Positions 27,000 to 35,900 of a stretch of DNA of 64,000 nucleotides are shown in pieces. Both the position numbers and the translations under genes were made by a program. Location: the NCBI GenBank assembly GCA_033720015.1, contig JAWWDH010000001.1, positions 38,097 through 102,096 of the forward strand. Reading direction: 5' to 3'. The notes under the pieces are model-generated. The model was not told the DNA's origin, did no database searches, and saw nothing but the letters and a program-made list of their open reading frames with translations. Numbering within the stretch: position 1 is the stretch's first letter; every line of letters starts with the position of its first letter. The stretch comes from Pseudomonas sp. (GTDB lineage Bacteria > Pseudomonadota > Gammaproteobacteria > Pseudomonadales > Pseudomonadaceae).

Positions 27000-29470
27000 G
27001 CGGCCTCAATGCTGGTGGCATCGTAGGCAACACCGCGGTCTTTCAGTACGCGCAGGATCGCTTCGTGCTGCGGTACACCGCTGCTGGTGTAATCCTTGAT
27101 GGCCTGCACGTCCTCCGGCGCGGTCGAGTACAGCAGCTTCGCGTATTCATCCACCGTGAGCCGGGCAATACCGACGCCGCGGGGGGTCAGCATGAAGATT
27201 TCCGAGTAGTGGCCCTTGTAGGTCTTCACGGTCTTCAGGATGCGGTAGCCACCCTCGCCCAGCGGCAGACGTTTGTTTTCCTGGATGGCGTCGATGGCCT
27301 CTGCTTTCTGGCCCAGCAGCAGGGTGAAGGCCGAGTTCTCCGCAATGGCCTGGCCGACCTTGTTTTGGTACAGGTCGTTCACGCCCTGGGTAATCACAAT
27401 GGCGCTGCCGCCGTACTTACGGAAGCGGCGATAACCATGCTCGATGAACTCGCCCACGTTGCCTTGGCTCAGCAGCGACCAGGCCTCGTCGATGATCACA
27501 ATCTTCGGCCGGTCACGGTCACCCAGGTACATATCCTGCTGGATCTGGTAGATCAGCTGCAGCAGCACAACCTGCTGCAGGTGGGTACGCCCCTTCAGCT
27601 CTTCCAGCTCGAGAACCGTGAACGGGTTGCGGAAGTTCAGGTTGTTCTTGCCGTTGAAGAACCGGCCGTACTGACCCTTGGAGGTGAACGCGAAGAGCTG
27701 GTGGCCAATGTCATTGATACGGCGGTCAACGTCCAACAGCAGCGACTGCTCGATGTCGTCGACAACCATGGTTTTACCCTTCTCTTCCCAGGTCTTGGTC
27801 AGATGCTTCTTGAGGCCGGCTGTCTGGAAGTCATCCAGGGGCACGGTCGGGGCAGCCATGGCCGACAACAGACCGACCAGCACGTCTTCTTCTTCGGAGT
27901 AGTCCTCGATCAGCTCGAACGGGTTGAGGCAAATCTGGGAGTCCTGGTCGAAGCGGGCAAAATCGCCTTTATAGGCTTCACAAATCTTCAGGTAGGAAAG
28001 GCCCACGTCGATACACCAGACCTTGGCACCAATCGACAGGTAGGAAGAGATCAGGTAGTTGGTCAGGAACGATTTACCCGACCCGGACTGCGCGGCGATG
28101 GTGCCGTTGTAGTTGGTATCAGAGTCGAATAGGTGGAAGCTCATCGGCTGGCCGTTGCGCGAGATGAACGGAGCGACAGGCGTGCCAGTACCTTTCCAGT
28201 CGCCGTAGATCGGAAGAAGCGGCAGGGCCTGGGTCAGGCTCAGGGTCTTGTAGCGGAACATATCCTGGATAGAGGTCGGGTCAGCGCACATAGGCAGAGC
28301 ATTGATGAACACCGGCAGGACGACGAACTTGTCTTCCATGAAGGTGAAGCTTTGCGTGGAGAAGTGGCTTTTGGCGTTGGAAGATGCCTGGGTCAGCTCC
28401 TCCTTATTGCGGCCGAATACAACCAGGGTCATGGCCGCCTTGATGTTCGGCAAGCCCTTATCAAGGTCGGTGAAAAGCACCTCGTAAGCGTGGCGCTTCT
28501 GTACGAGCTTCGGCACGAAGGTAGCCAGCGGCCCCTGGGTCTGGTTGATCGCCCATTGGCGGTTGCGAGCCAGCTTGTCTTTCGTCTCCAGTTGCGGCGG
28601 GAAGAACATGGTCAGCGTGATCACGCAGTTGCCGCGTATCCCGCCCCGCTGAGACATGATGTCCGCAAGGTACTGCGAAGCATCACCCTGCCACATCAGG
28701 TCCGGAAACTTCTTGATGCTCATGGTCTTGAGCATGCAGTCGTCGCCAATACGGATGTGGTCGGGACGAACATGAACAGATCGCTGGAAATCAAGCACCT
28801 GCTCATTCAGAGGCTTGTCGGTTTCGGCGCGGATATAGGGATCTTCACGCCAGCTGGCCGATTCGCCCTGGTTGAGGATCGAGGTAAAAATTTCCTTGTA
28901 GGAATCGTTGGTCAGCGGGACGGGGGCAAGCCCGCAGCTATCCAGCGAGGTTTGCAGGCCATCGGCCAAGTCTTTGGCAAGGGTCGCTTCGGTATTCGTC
29001 GGCGTACTATTGGCAATGGGCATGGTCACAGAAATAACCAGGTTCTGTTCACGCACACGAACGCCTGAAATCTTGTCCACCGGTACAAGGGTACGCTCGC
29101 TGAAATACTCGGCCCGGGCCTCAGTCACTTTCTGCAGCAGTGCCAAGGTTTCGGGGCTGACATCGAACTTGCCCCGCTCTATATAGGCTTTGCGCAGGCG
29201 CGTGGAGCCGGTCTTCAATCCGTTGATGTTCTCGGTACAGATAAGCGAAAACTGAATGGTTGTGCCCTCCGGCCAATCAACAGTCAGGCCAGCTTTCAAA
29301 CGTGCGCCCTCATCGCCGGATGAGCCGGAAAGAGGCTGGCAGACGAATGCAAAGCCCAACCGATTACCCGTGAGCTGGAACAGGTGCATGTTCGGGTCGT
29401 AGGCCAGCCCATTGATCAGCTTGGAAAGGCGCGGCGTGACGCGGATCAGCGATTGCAGAAAGGACAGCAT
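26996..29470 (-). CDS. traC: VirB4-like ATPase TraC
   Basis: AAQSGSGKSF; CIDVGLSY; IIDEAWSLL; YRRFRKYGG. Confidence 0.97.
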   Translation of the reverse strand: MLSFLQSLIRVTPRLSKLINGLAYDPNMHLFQLTGNRLGFAFVCQPLSGSSGDEGARLKAGLTVDWPEGTTIQFSLICTENINGLKTGSTRLRKAYIERGKFDVSPETLALLQKVTEARAEYFSERTLVPVDKISGVRVREQNLVISVTMPIANSTPTNTEATLAKDLADGLQTSLDSCGLAPVPLTNDSYKEIFTSILNQGESASWREDPYIRAETDKPLNEQVLDFQRSVHVRPDHIRIGDDCMLKTMSIKKFPDLMWQGDASQYLADIMSQRGGIRGNCVITLTMFFPPQLETKDKLARNRQWAINQTQGPLATFVPKLVQKRHAYEVLFTDLDKGLPNIKAAMTLVVFGRNKEELTQASSNAKSHFSTQSFTFMEDKFVVLPVFINALPMCADPTSIQDMFRYKTLSLTQALPLLPIYGDWKGTGTPVAPFISRNGQPMSFHLFDSDTNYNGTIAAQSGSGKSFLTNYLISSYLSIGAKVWCIDVGLSYLKICEAYKGDFARFDQDSQICLNPFELIEDYSEEEDVLVGLLSAMAAPTVPLDDFQTAGLKKHLTKTWEEKGKTMVVDDIEQSLLLDVDRRINDIGHQLFAFTSKGQYGRFFNGKNNLNFRNPFTVLELEELKGRTHLQQVVLLQLIYQIQQDMYLGDRDRPKIVIIDEAWSLLSQGNVGEFIEHGYRRFRKYGGSAIVITQGVNDLYQNKVGQAIAENSAFTLLLGQKAEAIDAIQENKRLPLGEGGYRILKTVKTYKGHYSEIFMLTPRGVGIARLTVDEYAKLLYSTAPEDVQAIKDYTSSGVPQHEAILRVLKDRGVAYDATSIEAA

Positions 29471-29481
29471 GTAGATCTCCC

Positions 29482-30183
29482 TTATTGAGCCCGGTTGTTC
29501 TCGATCCAGGCTCGAAGGCCTTCGGTCGGCTTCCCTTCACGGATCAGACCGTCATCACGAACGAGGAAAGGGACGTTGCGTGCCCCAATGAATTGCGCGG
29601 TAAGGCGGCGCTTTCCGATCACGTCGACTTCGCAGGCACCTTTCGGCTTTTGGGCAAGTGGTGCATCCAGATCACCCTTCACTGCAGCCTGCCAAGCAGC
29701 GGCCTGGTCTTGAGCGCAGTGCAATTCTTTGGTGCGAGAAGCGCTTCGCTCAGAGAGGAGAGGCAACATCAGGACATCAAGGCGGTAACCCTCAGGAAGT
29801 GAGCTTCGCGCTTCGGCCATGATTTCTTTGCAGAACTTGCAGGCGGGGTCGGAGAACATCGTAATGGCCTTATCACCGTTGCCGATGCTCAGAGGGGCCA
29901 GGTCTTTAAAGCCCATCTTGGCCTTGTCGATTGGGATGTAGTTCGCGGCGAATCGTGCCTCTTCCAGGGTCTGGAGTTCCTTTTGGCTCCAGGTGTCATA
30001 GACCTTGCCCTGAATGATGAAACGTCCGTTGTCACTGATGACTGCGAACTTGCCGTTCTTCTCGATGGCCAGCATTCCGGATACCGGGAGCATGACCACG
30101 TTGTCCTGGTTCTTGAGGGGCGACGCACTGGCGGCCGTTGCCAGGGTCAGGGCAGCTGTGGTGGTGATCAACGCGCGGATCAT
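29482..30183 (-). CDS. dsbC: Disulfide isomerase DsbC-like protein
   Basis: Signal peptide; GRFIIQGKVYD; FSDPACKFC. Confidence 0.85.
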   Translation of the reverse strand: MIRALITTTAALTLATAASASPLKNQDNVVMLPVSGMLAIEKNGKFAVISDNGRFIIQGKVYDTWSQKELQTLEEARFAANYIPIDKAKMGFKDLAPLSIGNGDKAITMFSDPACKFCKEIMAEARSSLPEGYRLDVLMLPLLSERSASRTKELHCAQDQAAAWQAAVKGDLDAPLAQKPKGACEVDVIGKRRLTAQFIGARNVPFLVRDDGLIREGKPTEGLRAWIENNRAQ

Positions 30184-30247
30184 GGGCAAGCCTCTGATTG
30201 AAGTTGCCAATAGGATAGGGAGAGGAGAAACAGAAAGGCCTCTTAAT

Positions 30248-30266
30248 CTGACAACAATCTGGTCAG
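30248..30266 (-). promoter_or_regulatory. Transfer-regulon box upstream of dsbC-traC, embedded in the traA terminator hairpin
   Basis: CTGACAA-CAATC-TGGTCAG inside AGGCCTCTTA...AAGAGGCCT; -10-like TATCCT 31-36 nt downstream. Confidence 0.75.
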
Positions 30267-30302
30267 ATAAGAGGCCTTTGGGAGGGGCGTGAAACCCGGG
30301 GA

Positions 30303-30647
30303 TTACATGCCTACAGGCAGGGCATTCAACACTTCGTAGACAGCGGCGGCAGCCGGCACGGTAGCAGTCATGATCGACTCGATAACATCCGGCGCAGCAT
30401 ACAGACCGACACCACCGCCTACGCCGGTCACGAACGGCATCAGCGACTGGCGCAGAACGCCGGCGCCGATGCCGGTCAGGATCATCAGACCAATCAGGAT
30501 GCGGCCCAGGGTGCCTTGCATCCAGTCAGTCAGGGTTATCCAGACGCTATCGAAGGTGTCACCACCGGTACCGGCCAGGGCGGTACCAGCGATCATCATT
30601 GCAACGGCCAGGGCGAGTGTGTTCAGAGTGGTTTTGCTTAATTGCAT
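30303..30647 (-). CDS. traA: Conjugative pilin TraA
   Basis: Signal peptide; GTGGDTFDSVWITLTDWMQGTLGR; two hydrophobic helices. Confidence 0.9.
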   Translation of the reverse strand: MQLSKTTLNTLALAVAMMIAGTALAGTGGDTFDSVWITLTDWMQGTLGRILIGLMILTGIGAGVLRQSLMPFVTGVGGGVGLYAAPDVIESIMTATVPAAAAVYEVLNALPVGM

Positions 30648-30730
30648 GGGGTAAAGCTCCTTTAGATATACGCAGGGCCTGCGCTCGTCATGCATTTTTC
30701 CAAAGGAGGGGTGGCTAATTGGGCGGTTAT

Positions 30731-30749
30731 TCGGCCACTTTGTTGTGAG
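30731..30749 (-). promoter_or_regulatory. Degenerate transfer-regulon box upstream of traA
   Basis: TCGGCCA-CTTTG-TTGTGAG, resembling the traK copy. Confidence 0.4.
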
Positions 30750-30760
30750 GTTTAGAAATA

Positions 30761-32956
30761 GGGTTTGGAGAGCAGTGGAACCAAAAACCAACGTAAGGCG
30801 TAGTTAGAGTTCGCCGTTGCCAAGAACCGGGCGGTTATCCAGACGATGAACTCCGTTGCCCTTCATAAATTGTCCGCCCGATGCCGCTAAGGCATCTGCA
30901 GACGCTGTCTAGTAGGATTGCGCCCACCAGAAGCGGTTCTGTCTCCGGGGTCACGCCAAGCGCGCTGAGTGATTTCTGTATCTCTGTCTTCGAGGGCAGA
31001 TGGGCATCCCCTAAACGCAGGCCATAGGCGATGTGTAACGGCCCCATGATCCTGTAGGCAGCTTCCTTGTCGCAGTAACTTTGAAGGACCCGCTCTAGCA
31101 ACTTTAAACCCCCAAACTTCTCCTTCGGATCAAGGGGGAGGAGTGTTCGGAGCAGGCTAATGTCGATAGAGTCAGCGGTTAGCCTGGCTATATCTTTGGC
31201 AAGTGCGAGGATGCCGTTCTCTTTCAACGCCCGGAATCGGTGGCATTGCCCCAGGATTTGCTCGGCATGGTCATGGGGTTTGAAGAGCGGACCACCGAAT
31301 GATTCATCGAAGAGTGCGTTCAGCTTTTCAATTAGAACCTGGAAATCAACCTCGGGCGCCTTGGTGTGGGCAGGTTCGCACCTCTGTTGGGAGTCAAGCA
31401 GTTCTCGCGATGGTGGACCGTCGGGAGATATGTTGAATCCATGCCAGATTTGCTGCTGCCAGAGAGGCAGACGAGCGACGTCGTAGGCGTAGACGTTGAT
31501 TCGACAGTTTTCATTGATTCCGAAGTGTACGTAGTAGTCTGGTGAGCAGCTGATAGAGCCCGTTTCGGCGGTGTACCAGCTTAGCGAGGCGCCGCGGTAC
31601 GCAAGCAGCGCCTCGATGACTTCTGCTTTGAACCAGAGATACTTACCTACGTCTTCATTGTTGAGCTTGCTGGCCGGCGCCTTCTCACCAGCTGCGCCGA
31701 CCGAATAGTAGAGCTGTTCGGCAGGGGTATCCCTGCGAACACGTTCGCTTGCAGCGGCAGGCTCCACCCACTCATCGCGCCACAGCTCTCCCTCTACTCG
31801 CTCAACCGTGGGGCCGCCACGATCAAACTGGTACGACTCGAAATCAGTGTTCGAGTCGTCTTCTGGCCCAAATTCAGGTACGTCCTCGCCGTGGTCAACA
31901 TCCGTACGCCACGCCTTCATCACAGCAACGCGGCCAGGAATTGAGCCGTCTTCAGTGATTGCGAACGTGCGCAGCCCAAATCTTTCGGTCGCAGTCTTCT
32001 CAGTCGAGTTTTTGCCATACCAGGGAAGGTGGGATGTGTCTGCCATTATCTGGAGTCGCTGCCGGTATTGAACAAGGCGCAGGGCCAGCTTTCGCGCGCA
32101 GAGGTAGTCGCGAAGGTGTTCGGCACGGATTTCGATTGCAACGATACTCCCGCTTGGATCTCGTCGTTGCCGGATGACCTCGATATAGCCTTCATCGACA
32201 CGAAACCAGGAATCCCCTTCGCGCAAGAGGCCGAGCGCGATGACCAGGTCCTGATTAACGTGCCACTCGGTCTCGTGGGCTCCGTTCAGCCGATTCAAGA
32301 GCACAAGCTCAATGCCAACCGGGTCTTCTTTGTCGTAGTGCCAGTACTGGTCTGCGGGCTTGTAGCGGCCATCTTCGAAGGCATAGGGGCCGGGAACGTG
32401 GATCAGACCAATATCGTTCCAGCTCAGCGTGTCTCCGATCTCTCGTCGGTCCTGGCGAACGGCCAGTGATCCTACACACAGGGACTCCTCGAAATACCCA
32501 GGCTTCCCTTTGGTGCCACCGGTTGCTAGCTGCTCAGATTGCCGAAGTGGTATCCAGATGCCTGAGGAAAGACGCCGCCGACGGATCTCGGGCATCTGGA
32601 ACCAATCGGCTTGAAATATCTCTGACATAGGTGCGCCCCGGTGCTGTCCTTGTGGCTTTCGAGCCTACATTACCGGGGCATAAAATACCCCGCCTAGTCG
32701 GAGTTGGAACGGAACAGAAAGTGCATTTAAGCCCAGCGCCTGCCCGCAAACCCTTGTGGAGTCTGGTGAGTTCGGGGAAACCATCGTTTTGCCGAACCGA
32801 AACAGTCACAGCGTTCGGGGGCAGCGCGAGGCGCTGATAGCGGCCCAGAAAACTCGTTCGACAAAACAAAGTTCTGAAAACCGCCCATGCTCACGGCAGA
32901 GCTGAACTCTAATCTCGCCTTACGTTGGTTTTTGGTTCCACTGCTCCCCAAACCCC
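30761..32956. mobile_element. Non-autonomous Tn3-family element (mobile insertion cassette), 2196 bp, 5-bp target duplication AAATA
   Basis: IR-R 32919-32956 GGGGTTTGGGGAGCAGTGGAACCAAAAACCAACGTAAG (38 bp); IR-L 30761-30797 is the same minus one terminal G with one substitution; AAATA at 30756-30760 and 32957-32961; no transposase or resolvase inside. Confidence 0.9.
30835..32628 (-). CDS. Passenger protein, 597 aa, with a C-terminal helical HEPN-like RxxxxH motif
   Basis: IMGPLHIAYGLRLGDAH in an alpha-helical C-terminus; sole gene of the Tn3 cassette. Confidence 0.6.
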   Translation of the reverse strand: MSEIFQADWFQMPEIRRRRLSSGIWIPLRQSEQLATGGTKGKPGYFEESLCVGSLAVRQDRREIGDTLSWNDIGLIHVPGPYAFEDGRYKPADQYWHYDKEDPVGIELVLLNRLNGAHETEWHVNQDLVIALGLLREGDSWFRVDEGYIEVIRQRRDPSGSIVAIEIRAEHLRDYLCARKLALRLVQYRQRLQIMADTSHLPWYGKNSTEKTATERFGLRTFAITEDGSIPGRVAVMKAWRTDVDHGEDVPEFGPEDDSNTDFESYQFDRGGPTVERVEGELWRDEWVEPAAASERVRRDTPAEQLYYSVGAAGEKAPASKLNNEDVGKYLWFKAEVIEALLAYRGASLSWYTAETGSISCSPDYYVHFGINENCRINVYAYDVARLPLWQQQIWHGFNISPDGPPSRELLDSQQRCEPAHTKAPEVDFQVLIEKLNALFDESFGGPLFKPHDHAEQILGQCHRFRALKENGILALAKDIARLTADSIDISLLRTLLPLDPKEKFGGLKLLERVLQSYCDKEAAYRIMGPLHIAYGLRLGDAHLPSKTEIQKSLSALGVTPETEPLLVGAILLDSVCRCLSGIGRTIYEGQRSSSSG

Positions 32957-32985
32957 AAATAAGAGAGGGGGCCGAAGCCCCCTCT
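32957..32985 (-). terminator. Intrinsic terminator of the large surface-protein gene
   Basis: AGAGGGGGC-TTCG-GCCCCCTCT then CTTATTT. Confidence 0.8.
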
Positions 32986-32999
32986 GGATGTCGCTGCTC

Positions 33000-35900
33000 T
33001 TAATAGTTGGAGACTGGCTGGGACTCAGCCCCAGAGTCATCGACCCCTACCAGGGTAATGACCGGCTCCCCGTTCGGGTAACGCCACATGGGAACCGAAA
33101 TCGAGCTGGAGGTGATGGCCTGCTGCACACCGTCGACGAACCAGAGGTAGCTAGCCAAACGGCCGTCTTCGTCTGTACAGCCCGAGCGGGCCAGCCAGCT
33201 GGTACGCCCTTCGATGACCTCGACGGTACAGGTCGGCGGCATGTTTTCCTCAACCTGGATGCTGACCTCACCATTGGCCGTATGGCCCATCTGCGAGGCG
33301 ATATCGAGGCGAACGGTATGGGTGCCCTTATCCAGGGTGGCCCTGCCGTAGTCGCCTGAGCTTTCCAGCGGCTCGCCGTTGAGGGTGTACTGACGCGACT
33401 CAATACGATCCTTCGGATGGCCACCGGTGATGCTCGGGCGAATCAGTACACCAAGGGGCGCACGGTTGGCCGGGTTGTCACCACTCCACGAAAGGGTCAC
33501 CTCGTAGGGAATCGGCTCCATGAAGGTCAACTCAGTCTGGGCATAGGAATAATTCCCCCGGGCGTCGCTGACGTGAACGCCGAAGGTATAAGTTCCTGCC
33601 TCGATGATCCTGAGCACGCGGCTGGTCTGGCTCGTATCCTTGACAACCTCCACACCGGGGTACGGTGGGATATCCCAGTCCATCTCCAGCCCCTCGAACT
33701 CACGGAACAGGCCCAAAGAGCGCACCTGCATAGTCAGGTCGGCCGGCGAATACGCAGCAGAGGTTTTCGCCTGGATTGACCACTCAGGCCAGTCATACGA
33801 CCAGAACAGCAGGCGGTGCTGGGTCAGGCCCTTACCGCCGTTGTCCTCATAGCCGTTAATCCACGCCTCGAAGCCGATATAGCTCTTCTCCTCGGTGCTG
33901 TCCTCCATGGTTGGGGTGTAGGCCACCTCCCGCTCATGCACGATCTCGCCGTTGGGCAGGATGAAATAGCCGTCCATGGTCAAATCCATTTTCGGGTACG
34001 GCATCATCAAGTTGGCCTTCCAGATCGCTTCTTGGCCCACCTCTGGCCGGCGCGGGCCGATCAGCTGGACACGCGGCGGCCGGACCTTGCGGAAGGCCAC
34101 GCCAGCACGGAGATTGCGATAGACGCGCTTGTCATCTGGCGAATCGGCAAACTTCACCCGAGCCATCAGGTACACGCGCTCAGCCGAATCACGGGTCAGT
34201 TCGTAGCTTCCGGTGCCTTCTACCCAGGTCTGGCCGCGGTCTTCCGACCACTCGACTACCATGCCGGCCGTATCGAGGCCTTCGCCCTGGATGTCAGTCA
34301 GTTGGAAGCGGCCAATGTCGCTGATGAAGACGTTCGCCGGCCCCTTCAGGCGAGCTACCGGCACCTCGTAGGCAATCACCTCAATCTGCGGGGTGAAAGA
34401 CTTCTCCCCAGAATGACGGTTCGTGATCTCGGCCCGCAGGTGGTAGGTGCCCTTGGCAAATACCATGGTCAGGCGCTGCTGCAGCTGGCCAGTGTTTTCG
34501 ACCGTCTCCCAGGTAGCACCACCGTCTTTGCTCCGCTCCCACCGCACGTCGCCAATATCACTCGATTCCATACGGTTGACGGTCATGGCGTAGAAAGTGC
34601 TGCGCAGAGGCGCAGGACCGATCACGCGCAGGGCCTGGATCATCCCGTCGAGTGGATCGCCATTGAGGATGGTCAGGGTCATCGGGTAAGCGGTCTTGCG
34701 CACCGACTCATACCCAGGCACCGGGGAGCGAACACGGGCCTCTGCTACGACTCGAACGATCTTGTTCGTCAGCAAGGCCAGATCCATTTCGAACTCTGCT
34801 ACTCCATCGTCATTGATCGGCTCCCAGTCCGAAAGCGGCTGATAGTTCATGCCCGATGTGCTCATCAGCAAGCGGATATCCCAATCGCCCATGCTCGAGA
34901 GCCTGTGACCATCCTCGGGGAAGTTGGTATCCAGAATCTGCACATTGATCGGCAGGGACTGGGTATCCAGCACGCGGCGCTCATCGTTGAGGATGACTGG
35001 TAGGATCTTGTCGTGTGGCACCGCCAGCAGTTGAGCTTCCTTGTGAGTTTCCAGAGCAGGCAACTGCGTGTAGCGGGCCGAGAAACGATAAGGCGTCAGG
35101 CTCCACAGTGGCTGCTCGTCTCCCTCGATGTAACGGGTAATCCGCTGGTTGCGACCATAACTCGGGATGGTGGAATACTCCCCTTCCTCGAGCCCATGGC
35201 TGTCTTTCACGTCGATGTTTGCTGGCAGGGCGTTGACCGTCACGCTACCGACATAACCGCCGAGTTGCGATACCGCGTAGATGTCGTCACCCACCAGATT
35301 GGAGGTGGGTAGCTCGATCTCAATGGCCGGCGGCTCGATAACCTCGATGTCATGGCTGCCATGGGTCACGTCGATCTCTTCGCCGCTCGGAGTGAAGACG
35401 GACACCTTCCAGGTGATTGATTGTTCACCCAGAACCAAGGCCGACCCCACAGCTTGCGGGACATGCCAAGTGGTGGATTGGGCCAAACCCTCTGGCAGGT
35501 TCGTCCAACGAATGAAGCACATCGGCTTGCTCTGCCACTGCTTGGCGACATTGCGGGCTATCGTCTCGGTCGTTGTTGCATCGCAGGACGCTCCGCTTTG
35601 CTGGCGAAGTACCAGGGCCAGATTCTGCACCGACTGGTAGGTCTGGGCCGGAGCAGGCTGCAACGCAAAGCTCACCGCATCAATCACCGGCAGAACAGTG
35701 AGCTCCTGGTCGAAGTCCGCTATCCAGTGCTTCCCACCTTGAGGGTCGAACACATAGGCCTTGGCCCGTACCGGGTGCTTGCCAGTGGTGCGCCCATAGG
35801 CCTCCATGGCGAGCGAGGTGCTGTTGCTGGTGTTGCGCCACTCCTCGGGCTTCAGATCCCACTCAATCAAGCAAGCAGGGTCTTGGAGCACGTTTTTCGG

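Noticed and set aside
27065-29068. Long plus-strand ORFs (355 aa, 311 aa)
   Set aside because: Antisense shadows of traC in GC-rich sequence, with no motifs.
30648-30791. Extended N-terminus of traA in the ORF track
   Set aside because: It runs through the promoter and transposon IR; ATG 30647 has an RBS and gives a normal signal peptide.
30787-30812. Xer/dif-like or integron att site (CGTAA-GGCGTAG-TTAGAG)
   Set aside because: Better explained as the inner end of a 38-bp Tn3-type IR with a 5-bp target duplication.
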